Positions 1-15,192 of a stretch of DNA of 64,000 nt are shown here, piece after piece. The translations under genes were made by a program, and so were the position numbers. The stretch comes from the human T2T-CHM13v2.0 reference genome, Homo sapiens: NCBI RefSeq assembly GCF_009914755.1, contig NC_060933.1. The stretch is one strand, 5' to 3'. The notes under the pieces are model-generated. The model did not search any database. It was not told the origin of the DNA and saw only the letters and a program-made list of their open reading frames with translations. Within the stretch, counting starts at the first letter, position 1; each line of letters starts with the position of its first letter.

Positions 1-1150
1 TTAATCACTTTGGTGACCCTCATTTCTGGCTTATCTTCTATTTATCCACATATTTTCAGAAAAGCTAAAACAAAACAGTGCATTTCACTCTAATGAGGAC
101 TCATCTGGCATCAAACATAGCTGGAGGATTCATTTCACACTTTTGTATCTCTGGAATGTATGCATTGAAATAGTTGTGCTGCTTTTTAATTTACTTTAAC
201 ATGATGAACGAATTCCCAGTCAAACAATGGTCTACCATGATCCACCAGCTCCTTTATGTCTAGCAAAATTTTATTGGAAAATTTTATGCTGGTGTATTTA
301 AAGCCTGTAAATATATTGCAGTTGTCCACATTGGAGGTCAACTTCTGATTCACTCTCTTTTGATTCAATATTTCTCTAATTGACAGTTGCTACGAATTAG
401 TTTCCTGTACAAAGACATAACATTTCTAATATGCAACTTGATATCATATGCAAGTATAAACCATCTATTTTATCCACCATATTATTGCAAATAGTTTAAA
501 GTATGTGAATCAGAACTTAACCTCCTGTTTCCCTTTGGATAGTTGCCTTGTTAGATCTGAGCTGGAAGAGCCAGTATGGCTGAGAAAATAGAGATAGCAG
601 TGAACACCCTGGCTATAAATCTTGTATATGAGGTTGTCACTTGGTACATAATTAAAGTCCTGTCAAAGGAGTTATATACAACTAACTGAGTTGATATACA
701 TAGAGTATTGTTTTCTAGCACATAGCAAGCACAATCTGAGTGTTTGTGATCATTATCCTCTTCATACAATCATTTAATGAGTTTTTACATTTGTAGGGAT
801 GTTGGGAAGCTACCTATTGCACTCTCTCTAGTTTCTAAGATTTTATTTCTCCCAAGTTCTTTCTATCCACGAATTCATTAAAATACACTCCTCCAAAGCT
901 GAATTTTGTAAGAATTTGATAGACACTTCCTCTACCTATTTTTAGAAAAGATTCTGTCGTTAGAAGTTCATGCAGCATGCAGCATTATGATCAAGGCTTG
1001 TTCTAAATGCGTGGTTAATCATTGCCTGTAACAAACTTATAAGTGTGTCTACCTTAATTCTATCTCAATTTTATAGTTTAGAAATGTTTTCCAACATTCC
1101 CAAGAAAGAGGTTGGCTCACTAATAGCCTATGGAGGTGGCTTTTATAGAA

Positions 1151-1483
1151 CAATGAAGTCCAACAGAAGCATAATGTGAGCCACTATTGAGAGTCACATT
1201 TGTAATTTTGAACTTCTTAGTATGCATATTTAAAATGTAAAAAGAAACATATGAAACTTATTTTATCGATATAGTTTATTTAACTCAACATATCTATATT
1301 ATCATTTCAATGTATTATTAATATAAAATATTAATGAGAGAGTTTATATTATTTTATTTATAGCAAGGTCTCAAAATCTGTTAGGTTTTTTTTTTACCTA
1401 AAATACATCTCAATTTGGACTTGCCAAATTTCAAATCATCACTAGCCACCTGTGACTGTTGGCTACCATATTGGACAGTGCAC
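1151..1483 (-). mobile_element. MER33-like hAT-Charlie non-autonomous DNA transposon
   Basis: Ends ...gtccaacag and ctagccacctgtgactgttggctaccatattggacagtgca. The AT-rich body is collinear with the recalled MER33 consensus in reverse; about 330 bp. Confidence 0.75.
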
Positions 1484-2767
1484 ATCCAGAAGCCATCAGG
1501 AGACTAAAGATTCTCCATTTGCAACAGATCTTGCCACAGTGATCCTAACCCAGAGGAACTCAGGCATATTAACCAAACATTCTCATGCATCTTGGTTGAC
1601 TGGTTTGGGAGTTTTTAAATTTCCCTCTGTGTTTTAAACACTATGGTGGGAATTGGGCATAGTGAGGTCTTACCATAATAATCTCTTCTATATTTTGTCT
1701 TTCACCTTAACAAAGACACTGTTTCTATGATCTCTAAAATATATGAGAAGAAGAATATAAGATCAGTACTTTTAAAAAGAACACAACCTCTATTTTACCT
1801 CATCTCTCCTAAACCACCTACACTTTGAAATGGATGATCATTTGTCACATCCTACAATATTCTATCACACCAATGATTTCAAATAAGCCCTCTTGCCTCT
1901 CTTACTAGCTTTCCATTAACCTTAACATTTTGCTGAAGCATTTCATATGAATTTTGATTTTTCTTTTGTTTTTGCTCTTCTATTTCACCATCACTAGTTT
2001 CTCAGTTCTGTGCTAAAATTTGTTTCATGCTAGTGCATTATTTCCAATTCTGAATCAATATGTACTCCAGGCAGTATCTCGCTACAGTTCTGGAGGAGCC
2101 CTCTCCCTTAAGAGTATCTTCAGAAAAGATGGCAGCTTTGGGGTGTCAGGAAATTCACCAGGAATAAGAAGAAATGAAACTACAAAGCAGACAGTAGGAG
2201 TAAGAAAATAGCAATGCTCAGTGATCGGGCAAATATGCTTGTCAAAATGAACCTGAAGAAGAGGGATTGTCAGTGAGGGAAGCTGCCACCCGATATTCAT
2301 GGCCTCAGTGCATTGCCAAGGGACTCAGGGAACCAGCCAAGCCTTGCATAATTGAGTAAAATGACAATCAGCCATGGTACTAAAACAGAGATGATTTTTA
2401 TAAATAGGGTTGATAGCAGGATTTTCCAGCTTCTGATTGCTATCTGGCTATGGTTCCACCCTTAGAAAAATTCTGCCCTTACAGTGCCAAATTCAGAAGA
2501 TGATTTTGCCCAAGTTGTTACCACCATATTTTCTGAATCTCTTAAAATAGAATTGAATCATAATTTAGAAAAAAAGACCCAACATGCAAAAATGGATGGG
2601 CATGTTGGATGAGGCCAGGTTTGTGAGATGCATTTGCCCCATGAATAGTGGAATCTCTTCTCTCAATTTCAAAAATGTTACTGAAGCACAGTTTTTGACA
2701 TTGCACTGAGAATGGGCTCTTTTCCATATTTTGCTTTGGGGACATGGAAATGTTAGATGCTTCTTAA

Positions 2768-3079
<312 letters not shown>

Positions 3080-3534
3080 TGAGCAGAAAGATTATACACA
3101 GAATTTGTTCATGCCTTGTGATAATGACCTTCAAGGGCCAGTACCTTTTCCAACTCACTGAAAAAGATAGGCATGTGCCTTAGAAATAAGCTATCTCAGT
3201 GACTCAGACCATCCTCTGTAGAGACTGGATCTGTGAAAAAACATTGCAGGCCAAGGGCTGGATCTGTGTGTGCAGTATGACACTTTGGGGAGGTTGGACA
3301 GTCCTCTGGGAAGAAGTGGTAGCTCCAGCAGCACCTCTGCTCTCATATCTTGGGTTGGCCCCTGGGCCTTATTCATGCATACTTTGACCTTCTTGGATTC
3401 TTACGTGAGCAAACTGAATACAAGACTGGTTGTGGTTTCAAATTCAAATCATCAAATGTCCCTCTCTACCAAGGAAAACATCCCAACTTACACTACCTTG
3501 CATCATTATCCTTGTGTCCCTGTGGAGTAGATGA

Positions 3535-3650
3535 TGATATTGTTATCCTCACTCTCAAAGAAGAAAACCAGGGTCAGAGAGCTCGAGGGCAGAGCCAGGA
3601 TTTGAACCTGCTTCTTCTGATGCTAAGCTAGAACCCCTTCCGTTTGAGCA
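3535..3650 (-). mobile_element. MIR SINE fragment
   Basis: ttatcctcactctcaaagaagaaaaccagggtcagaga...agagccaggatttgaacc resembles the MIR core in reverse. Confidence 0.55.
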
Positions 3651-4366
3651 CCACCATTGTGAGGATTTGTCATTTTACTGGAAGGGGAACACAAGTTTGG
3701 GGCCAACTCTCCAGGAGAGAGTGCATTTGGGCAGCTCCCCTCAGCCTTGGAAACAAGTCCTTTCACTTGGTTTCTTTTCCTGGTCCGTCTTTCATTTCCA
3801 CTCCTCACTTTGGCCCATGTTCAACTTTTCCAGATGATCATTCACTGGTCATTCTTCCTCACATTCTTTTATCTCTACTTTCACAAACTTCGTGTATCAG
3901 GGGTTCTTTTAGTTGCCTGATACTGGATCAGGCAGCAGGTGATAAAAGGGTGAACAGGACACACTTCGACTGTCAAAGGCAGGAGTGGAGACAGGCATGT
4001 ACCCAACACCATTACGCAAGTGCAAGTGTGAGAAAGGCACTGGTGTGTGTGGTTTGCTCCATGGGCCCAGGAGAAGGACCCAGCAGATAGACTTCCATCT
4101 CTTCTATCTCCTCCATCTCCTCCATACCCTCCATACCTCATCTGCTATTTTTCTACTGTGAAGTTCAGCGAGATAAGCACATCACTTCTCCCTGTGCAAG
4201 AGGGATGCAAAGGAGTTGAGTTTGGATCTAGCTAAACACTAAACTAATTAAATCTGGGTGGCACAGGGGCCATGTCAGGCCCAGTTTCTGTAGCTTCAAG
4301 GGAGCAGAGACCCAGACCCCAGGTTCCGGCCACTGTTCATTTTGTTATTTAATGAAGGAATGTGCG

Positions 4367-4380
4367 GTTTCTATGGCAAC
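4367..4380. promoter_or_regulatory. Candidate RFX X-box
   Basis: GTTTCTATGGCAAC fits the 14-bp X-box consensus. Motif match only; no functional data. Confidence 0.4.
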
Positions 4381-5267
4381 AGCCCCATCGAAGCTTTATG
4401 GCCCCTGAGCACTTGCTGACCCAAATTCACTCACTTTTCCAAACAGAGCTGGTGGTGCTTATAAAGACACTTCTCAGAAAACCACAGAGTAAAGTGAAAA
4501 TAGTATTGATCCCGAGAGCGTGCCCTAATAAATGCCTCACCTGCTAATCTCCAGCTCAGATCTGCTCCCTGGGGAACTTCACCTGTGGCACATTCAAGGT
4601 CTCCAGGTCACGTAGGTCAGGCATGTCCCCACAGGGAGAGAAGCACCGAGGCCGTGATCTAGAAAATGACCACCAGGGACCTGGCCGTGTTCTGGACACT
4701 GGATATCATCTTTTAGTTTTGCAGTCAGTACATATCTGACAGATGACAGTGCTTTCATTCCATTCCAATACTAAATTTAAGTGAACACAGATGTTCCCAT
4801 TTGCCATCTAACCTTAATGACTGACTGTAGTCTCCCTGGAGATGGGATTCACAACTCACGTGCCACTTCTGCCAGGAGAAGTATGCCTTTTCCTCAATTA
4901 GAAGCAACCACTCCCTCTCTGACCTCTCTTGCTGTCAGTGTTTAGTTCTCGTGGCCTTCATCATTCATTACACAAATAGATGTTGAATACTAGCCCTGTG
5001 CTCTGCCCAGGGCTGGCAATGCAGAAATGCATAGTTCCTGGGTCAAGAAGCTCACAGCCTGTACCAGAGATAAGCAAGTAAACATGCAATTGGAATGTAC
5101 TGTGGTCTGTGATGTGATAGAGGTAAGCATGAGGTGCACCTAGCAGAGTCAACCACTCTGGCCTGCAGTGCAGAGGGGATGTGACAGCAATGAGGGGTGG
5201 TCAGGGAACACTTTTCAGAGAGGTGGCAGCTGAACTGAGTCTTGGAGGACTGCTAGATACTAGCCAG

Positions 5268-6060
5268 GTATATTGGTTTTCTACAGCTGCTATAACAGGT
5301 TACTGCAAATTCACCAGCTTAAACAACACAAGTGATTTATTTCAGTTCTGGTGGTCAGACACCTGAAATCAGTTTTGCTAAGCTAAAGACAAGATGTTAC
5401 AGGGCTGGTTCCTTCTGGAGGTTCTAGGTTAGCATGTTTTCTTGTCATTTTCAGCTTCTAGAGGCCACCCACATTTCTTGGCTCATGGCCCCTTTCTTCA
5501 TCCTCAAAGCCAGAAATGTGACATCTTTTCTCCTCTCTGATCTTCTGTCCTTATGGCTCTCTCTTTGCTTTTATTTATTTATTTGGAGACAGAGTCTCGC
5601 TCTGTCGCTCAGGCTGGATTGCAGTGGCATGATCTTGGCTCCCTGCAACCTCTGCCTCCTGGGTTCAAGTGATTCTTCTACCTCAGCCTCCCGAGTATCT
5701 GGAATTACAGGCACACACCATCAAACCTGGCTAATTTTTGTATTTTTAGTAGAGACAGTGTTTCACTATGTTTGCCAGGCTGATCTCGAACTCCTGACCT
5801 TGGGTGATCTGCCCGCCTCAGCCTCCCAAAGTACTGGGATTACAGGCATGAGCTACTGTACCCGGTCTCTCTTTGCTCTTATAAGGACCCTTGTAATGAC
5901 ATTGGGCCCTCCTGGATAATCCAGGATAATCTCTCCACCTCAAGATCCTTAACTTAGTTACATCTGCAAAGCTGCATTTGCCACATCAGGCAACATATTC
6001 ACAGGCTCCCAGGATTAGGAAGTGAACAGCCTTGGCAAAGGTGAGGAGTTCAACCTTCCA
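5268..6060 (-). mobile_element. MLT1-family (MaLR) solo LTR interrupted by an Alu
   Basis: Typical MLT1 segments: gctgctataaca...gcttaaacaacaca, agggctggttccttctggagg, ataatccaggataatctc...caagatccttaactta...catctgcaaa. Confidence 0.8.
5575..5865 (-). mobile_element. Full-length Alu (S-type)
   Basis: Two arms present. 17-bp TSD tctctctttgc(t/c)... with 1 mismatch at 5558-5574 and 5866-5882. Confidence 0.95.
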
Positions 6061-7046
6061 TGCCAGTGACCACACCCAATATAGCATTCCAGGCAGAGGA
6101 ATGTGCACATGTGCAAAGGGAGGGAGGCATGGCCTGTTGTCATCGGGGCAGCTGCAGACAGTTCCTAACGTGGATGCATGGGTTTCGAGAGGAGTGTCAA
6201 GGGATTGAGCTGGAGAGAGATGCAGGTGCTGATTCATTCAGGACAGTGGGTTTTGAGCTTGAATTGCAGTTATTTATATACATGTCATATCTCCCTATTT
6301 GCCCATAAGTGCCTGAGGCCAGGATCTGGGTCATTGCCTTCTTGATGTCATCACAGCTCTGGCTCAGTGATGGGCACATGCCAAGAGCTCAGCACATTAT
6401 TTGCATCACTAAATGCCAGCTTTGCCCTGTTATGACACCACAGTGGCAGAGTTATCTAAGCAGAGAACTAAAGGCACCAAAACCCAGCTGTCATGCTCCT
6501 GGGCATCTTCACCTTGGCAGCATGACCACTCTTCTTGCGGCTTGCTGGGCAGGGATGTTTTGTGAGCCGGCAGTGTTTGTGGGCACAGGCTGGAGAAGGC
6601 TCTGTGCAGTGCTACATAAAGACAGGCAAACTGATCGTTGCTGAAGCTGGAGATGGGTCCACAAAGGTTCACTGTACTCTTCTTTCTACTGAATCATAAC
6701 ATAAAGTTTTTAAATCTTATCTGAGCAGAGGTAAGCTGCACATAGCATCACAGAAAGAAAGCACAACAGGCACCAACAAGGGAAAGAAGCCCGTGGGAAT
6801 TATTGGGTGCAGACCAGGGTTAGAAAGGATGTGGACCCTAAAAAGACCTCCTGTCTGTAACCTAATGAGAGAACCTCTGTGAAAGTGTGTCATAAGCTGG
6901 AAAGCTTTGCATATGCCTAAGGAGTTATTCCTCAGTTATTAGCACAAATGTTATTTCCTTAGGAACTAGGCTGTTTTCTCATCTTTTGCCTAACAAATGA
7001 GATGGATGTCTTTCCTATCTCAGTATCATAGGGCCCACTGAAGTAA

Positions 7047-7451
<405 letters not shown>

Positions 7452-8029
7452 TGATGCAAATGATCCAACTCAATTCAGTCCGCATTCACTGAACATTTGC
7501 TACATGGAGTGGTATGTGACATGGGCATTTGGGATGGGTTTTAGATGATCTGTAGGAGTTTGCTATGTGGTGTTATTAAAGGCAAAGGAAACAGGAAGAG
7601 CTAAGGTACCCAGGTGTCACAATGGAAATTGCAGTCCAGTGAGAGTGAAGTTTTCAAGTTCCCAGACTGTGGAATGAACAGTAAGGAAGGGAAGCAGAAA
7701 AACAGCTGGAGGAGTCAAGGCTGAAAGGGTGGGGCAGGTGCTTGGACTTTATCCTAAGGACAAAAAGAATAACCAGGAGGCCAGTAGTTCAGAGGATCTA
7801 CAGTGGAAAGATCCAAATCCAAAGAAGAAAAGCTTCAGAAGGAAGGAGGTAAAAACATTGATTGAAGACTCCAGATTATGCGGAGACCCTGAGGTCATGA
7901 AAAGATGGACAGCTTCAACTGAGAAGTTTTGTGGGATGTGGGGTCTTCAGAAAAAGGCAAGGCAAGGAAGAGAAAATGTTGACTATAAAGGGAGTCACTG
8001 GGCTATTGATTAGGGTTAGTGTCATTTGA

Positions 8030-8377
<348 letters not shown>

Positions 8378-8594
8378 CTGATTGGGTTTTAGTTCAGCTG
8401 TGCCTTCTCAAGAACTCCCCTCCCTCAGATGATGGGTACAGGGAACTGGGAGGAACCACAAGATAGAGCAGGTGAGAAATGGCTGAAAGTGACTGTGATC
8501 TGGGAAGAAAGGTCAAGTTGCTTTGAAACAGTAAAGCTAACTCACACAATATAAGTGGTGACTTTTGAGGAGACCATGCTGCGTGATGATACCA

Positions 8595-8790
8595 GTAGGG
8601 ATTTTGGCCTCCAGACACAGCTGAAGTTGAGTCTCAGTCCAGGCATTATTAGCTGAGTGACCTCAGGCAAGTCTCTTTAGCTGTTCTGATGAGAATCTTG
8701 AGCTGGCAGAGTAGGCATGAGGACTGAACTAGAATAAGTATAGAAAGCTCTTAGCGTAGGAGCGAATGGGGAACGTTCAATAAGCAGACG
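8595..8790 (+). mobile_element. MIR SINE
   Basis: tagctgagtgacctcaggcaagtc...gaggactgaactagaataagtatagaaagctcttagc...caataa follows the MIR layout. Confidence 0.55.
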
Positions 8791-10694
8791 CTTGAATTCT
8801 GCCAGGAATGATGTCAGCTGGTAAACCAGCTGCCTCGGTAAGAGAAATCACAAGGAGAGCTGAGTTTGATAAGATGCAGGAAGTTGGTGATCACCCTGGT
8901 AGGGTCCACAGTGAGTGATCTCCTGCATCTAGCAAGGGAGGGAAGAAATGTGCTGAGCAAGATACTCCTTGGGGAAGGAAGGCAAGTGATGCTTTGGCTT
9001 CTGTGGAAGTGGCAAATACATTATCATGAACCTAAAGAGTAAGAAGTCCCAGTAGTGAGGACGGGAGATTCAGGTTCTCCTTCCTATTCTGCATCAGCTG
9101 CTGGTGTCCCTTAAAAGAGCCTCCACCCCAGTTCGCTCAATCACCTTTGTTCTCAGGTAGGCCTGCCTTGTATCCTCTCTAAGTTTTATCTGGGTCTAAT
9201 ATGTTTTTTTTTTTTTTAATTTAGCTAGTCCTCATTTTGGAAAGATTAGCAAATGGGCTGCTTGTGATATCTTGGTAGACAGTAATAGGAAAGTTGTTAA
9301 AGGCTGTTCACCTGCCCTTGCTGGGCACAGTTTCCTTACCTGTGAAAGGGGTATCATTTAATCCATCTCAAGGTCTAGTGTGTGCATTGTTGGACTGAGA
9401 GGTAATCAAGAAATGTTGTCCTCACAATCTTTCACAATACTTCATCTCTGCCACAATTTCCTCTTCATTTTGGTTGAGAGATCTGAAATCCTGGGGAAGT
9501 GGCACCTTTCTTGTGATGGCAACACCTAGGAGTCTCTGTCTGCCTCTCATTTCCATGGGTGCTGAAGAGGGCTTTGCACAGAAATCAGCCCCAGTAAGCT
9601 TCATGTATCTGCTGGAAGACTCAGACACTGCAGTTTAAGTAATCAGTCAATCACTGCGAGAACATACTGCTGTTTTTAGAAATGGTATCACATGGCTGGT
9701 GCCGTCTGGATCATTTTTACCCTCTTTAGCCTCATGGATCCACGTGCAATTTAATTCTTCTTTGCTGGGCTGGATCCCTGTTCTCTGCTTTTCCTATGAT
9801 TGTGTGGGCGAGGAAATGCCAGGTGGAATTAGGAATATATAGCCGATTTGCAGTATTCTGAGACAATCTTGATGCATTATCCTACGTCAGCAAAATTTTT
9901 CTTGTAAGTGATAGGACAGGGGATGACTTTTGAACATTGTCTTGTCAGCTCTAACATGAAAGGAAGAAAAAAGCTGAATGTGGTTGAGGTCTGGCTGCTT
10001 CTAAGAGAAATATTTTCCCATTGTTCCCATGCCCCAGTCTACTTCCCTAATTCAAGATGGTGCTTTCGAAAATCTGTAGCATAAGAAATACAAATGTGCT
10101 CACCTGGATGCAATTAAATGCTTCCGTGAGCTCACAGTGTGTCTGTACATACATGAATGTGTGTGTGTGTGTGTTGCAACTTGACTCTTTCACTTTCTCA
10201 CTCAGCCTCTCCTTCTCCCTAGCTCTCCTTCCTGCCTTGCAGAAGGAACAGGCACCTGGTTCTCCCTTGGCACCTTGCACAGGGTGTGGAGCAATTGGAA
10301 ACCTAGCCTGCTTGGTTTCAGAACCTGCTAAACTCTGGGAACAAGAGGTTTGCCATGCCAAAAGTCTAGTTCTCAGGTGCACTAACATGCTGCAAATATA
10401 GGCTGTCCTCTTTCCGCAAGGGAGCTGGGCACTTAGCTGCCATGAAAAGTCCCCAGCTGTATCAGCTCTGCCCTATAAAGACAGATGTCTTCTCTTGTCT
10501 CCCTACCCTCTTTATTCATCCAGAAGCCATATATTAAGCACCAGCATGGCCAGGCTCTAAGCTAGTTAGGGTGGGAAATGAGGAATAAAACACATGTCTT
10601 TGCTTGCAAGGGTTTCATGATTTTTCCTCTTAGAATCTGTCCAGAGTTGCCGTCTAATGAGGGGAAAAATAGACTACTATTTTTCAAACTATCA

Positions 10695-10876
10695 CAGCTA
10701 ACATTTATTGAACTTTCTAAGCATTTTAATATGTTTCAGGGTATAAACCATCCTTGCCGTCATTCCTACGTTACAGTTGGGGAAACTGAATCACACAGGT
10801 AGCAGATGACAGAGCTGAGATTCAAACCTGCAGCCCCTGGCTGCAAGAACTCATGGTCTTAACCACTCTGCCATCC
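10695..10876 (-). mobile_element. MIR SINE
   Basis: gctaacatttattgaac...ttacagttggggaaactga...agagctgagattcaaacc...tcttaaccactctgcc. Confidence 0.7.
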
Positions 10877-11954
10877 TCTCTGCTGAGGTGCTTGTTGAAA
10901 AGACCAGAAGGAAAGTGGTGTGCTATAGAATCCTGGAGCCAGAGCAGTTGGTGCAGTGCCGGCTGTAACCCACGCTGGAGAGAACTGGACAGCTAAGTCA
11001 GGCCCATGAACCTGCTACTTGCTTCCCAAGCCAGGGAGCTGATGGTGCTTTTTTTAATTTTGTTATTTTTTTACCTCTTAAGGAATGTCTTCCTGGAAGA
11101 GATGAAATGTGTTTTGATTTCTAAGACTTCACGAGGACCTGGGAAAGTGAAAGCAGAGGATTGCAGCGTTAACCGTTATTTCTGTTCCTCTTAAGGACTT
11201 GTGTAGCAGACCCACCTACCCACTTTTTACAGCAGTATGTTCTGCTCAGAGAAAGCATCCAGAGGCTTATTTTATTTAAAGAGCCGTGTTCAGAAAGTTG
11301 AACAGCAAATACCCAGATATAAACAGGGGAAATTACTTTAAAAATCCAGGAGTCTCCCCCAACCCACACATACTAATATAAAGTGCATTAGGCATTTGAG
11401 GGCCACCAGCTTCCTGACGTCTGCAGAGTGTGGGGTTGGAGGACAGAATTTTGTGCAGAGGTGGCCTTTTGCACTGACATCTAACTTTTCCTCTATCCTG
11501 GAGTCTTGCCTCTGAGAGATATTTAAAGTAGATCAGTTTTCTGGAACTGATATAAGGCTGTGGCCAATCAACAAATTATTTTATTATTTAAATGGTACCT
11601 ATGAAGATTAAATTCTGACCGAGTCTCTGGGTCTTTATTTCAGATTTTCTTTAGTTTATGTGCACCCCAGCCCCTTCTCCTGGTGCTGAGGTCATAGTAG
11701 ATTTAAGGAAGACAAGTGAAAACATTGGCAATTTCCCCTGACCCCTCAGTGCTGAAAAGGATTAGGCTTGATTCACCTTTAGTGAAGTGGAAAGGGCCCA
11801 CCCTCTAGTATCCTGAAGAGCCCTGTTACAGGCCAGTTACAAAAAGTAATGCACAGAGGATAACTTGTGTTTTCACATCACCTGTCAATTTCATTTTTAA
11901 AGAGAATCTTTGTTTGCAAAGCCTTTCTCCCTGGTTTTCCTGTGAAAGGCCACG

Positions 11955-12140
11955 AAGCACTATGCAAGCACAGTGTCAGTCCTCCTCACATCAATGCCCT
12001 TAGCAAGGGGCAGTTAGTATCTACAATTTACAGAGTGAGGAAACAGGCCCAGAGAGGTTATGTAACTCACCCAAAATCACACAGCAAGTGTAGGACAGGA
12101 TCCAAATTCATTTCACATATCCCGGAGCTTTGGCCACTGT
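11955..12140 (-). mobile_element. MIR SINE
   Basis: tttacagagtgaggaaacaggcccagagaggttatgtaactcacccaaaatcacacagc is the MIR core. Confidence 0.7.
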
Positions 12141-13772
12141 GCCGCTTCTTACCTTGAGTAGGTGCTTTTGAGCTGAAGAAAGCCCTGGAGCATTTTCCCA
12201 GCATTGTTCCTCAATGTGACAAGAGGCAGCTGGGGGTTGTGGTTTGAGTAGAGGTGAAATATGTTAGGACTGGCTTGTACAAAAACAGGAAACTCCTCCC
12301 CAGGGAATGGTTAAATCCAGGTATTTAGAGACAGGAAGAACCTAAGAAATTACCCAGTATAATATTCCTCTGTATTTTTGACTAATGAAGAAATTGTACA
12401 TGAGAGAAATTAAAGGGCTTCCCAGGATCATGGCATTGGACGCTGGTAGGCCTGGGAGACCCCCCAACTCCTGTCCAGTGTTCATTCCCTGAGATTACAG
12501 GAATGAAAGATCTGGTGACAGAATGATTCCCGAAATCAAAGGCAAAGACAGTCACTGTAGGCTGGAGCCGGGATGGAAGTGGGGATACGCCTGTGGCTTG
12601 AATAGTTGGGGGAAGGAGGGCGGAGAGGCAGGGCAAACCCTGACATGTGTTCTCAGACAATTCTGGCTTTCTCAGTTTCAAATACTCACACGGCTCTGAA
12701 ACCCTGCAGGTGAGGTTACCTACTTTAACATTTATGCAGAATCCTCTATATTTATTCTAAGTGTTTCAAAACGTCTTGAGAGAGATCTTTCCTTTCCCAG
12801 AGAGAAGCCCTTGGCCACGCCAGGGCAGAGCCCGACAGCAAACCCCGCCTTTATTCCTTGCACTGCAGCGCCCCCTCAGGCCACCAGGGGCAATGACGCT
12901 CATCTTGGCTCACAGCGCAGGATGTCACAGCAGAGCCTGCCGCGCTGAGGGCGGCATCCTAAGACGCGGATCCTCCCACCCTTGCAGGACTTGCGTGTTA
13001 GGGTGCCCTAAGTCATCACATAGCTGAGGAGAGGCCAGGTGTGTAAGACAGAAGAAAAATAAGATTTAAAAAATCATAGTCCCCCTCCCCATAGTGTAAA
13101 CAATAAAATTTTCCCCAGCAAAAGAATAAACAGGCTGTGGTTCAAAAGAGTTCTCCTATGTGTTGGCCATAGCCTGTGTTGAGCGGAGGTTGGAGGAGGG
13201 GTGGACAGAAGGAAATGGTATTTTGTATTGAGAATGAACATCCAGATTGAGAATGCCCTGGGACTCTGTTGTTGAACTGGGCTTGAGAGAGCCAGGCGTA
13301 GCTTCAAAACCATGCCTGGCCACAGATCAGGTGGACTATGGAAGGCCGCAGGCTGCCCAGCTCTGGTGCTGGTGGGGACACTCTGGAGGAATCAGCTTGG
13401 TTGGGGGATACTCTGGCATAGCCTGGCTAGGTGGGAAGGGGTGGGGACCCACTGGGCTGCCATGTCCATCCCACTAGGAGAGTCCATCTTTCCCCATATG
13501 TTTTGTTTTTGGTTTTGTCTTCCTTCACCTACCTGCTGCTTCTCAGGGTCAGGGGGCCCTGGTAAGTGCCTGAACCCAGCACAGTGCCAGAGCCCCTAAA
13601 ATGTCAACCTGTCTGTACACTGGAGGGAAGGGGGACATTCAGGCCCACGGGGTCCTGGGAATTCCAGACTCTTTGGGAAACAGAGCAGCCTGGGTGCTCT
13701 CAGGACTGCAGAAGTACAACTGTGTGAGCACCTTTGTCTCCTCTTCATGCTAAGTCAGGCAGCATCTTTTAG

Positions 13773-14576
<804 letters not shown>

Positions 14577-15186
14577 CCCACCCTGCTCTTGGCACTCCAG
14601 CGTGGTGGGTGAGATCTCCAAGAGTGAAGTCCTCAGTGTGAGAATCCTTCCAGAGAAAACTGAGGGCCTGGGGGAATTCCTGGTGAGGTTAAAGGATGCT
14701 GAGGTTTGGCTTTGATTCTGTGAAAGTATGCCTGGAGCCTTTGTTTGAGATTTGAACAAAAGTGAACTTGTTCACATAAATAATAGTACACCGGACTTTG
14801 GAAGTTCCCTCCAAGCGCCATCTTGGTTGAAAGCGGTTTAGCTTGGTGAGATGGAAGAAGTTTTATCCTGCCTGTTCCTAGACACTTCCACACAGCTTGT
14901 CTGGTGTTTCCACCACTGAAATCACTGAGAGGCAGAGTTACAGACAGTGACTCAGATCCACTGATGACCTAGAACTGGCCCCCGGGATATGTTAACTTTG
15001 TTAACTGAGATTTTGGAACTCGGACATGAGAGAAAAGGGAATTTCTGGAAATGTTGAAGTTGTGATATTTAGAGTGAAGATTCGGGGTGGTGTTCTACCA
15101 CTTTGATTTTCTACCAACCCTCAATTTGATTTTCTTGTGTGTTTTGCTGTTTTTCAAGGAGAGAGGAAGGGAAAAGGAAGGAAGGG

Positions 15187-15192
15187 AATAAA
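15187..15192 (+). terminator. Candidate intronic polyadenylation signal for the exon-extension isoform
   Basis: First canonical AATAAA I found downstream of the TAA at 14213, followed by TG-rich tgtgctggtgtct. Confidence 0.25.

Larger units (their letters stand above)
4958..6250 (-). mobile_element. L2 LINE fragment split by an MLT1 LTR insertion
   Basis: tcattcattacacaaatagatgttgaatac is an L2 3' end. L2-like text (gcattccaggcagaggaatgtgcacatgtgcaaagg) resumes after about 6065. Confidence 0.55.

Noticed and set aside
5434-5919. 161-aa ORF and similar ORFs at 2801, 8088, 25033, 28675 and 39684
   Set aside because: Typical Alu-translation peptides (e.g. [22 protein letters not shown]).
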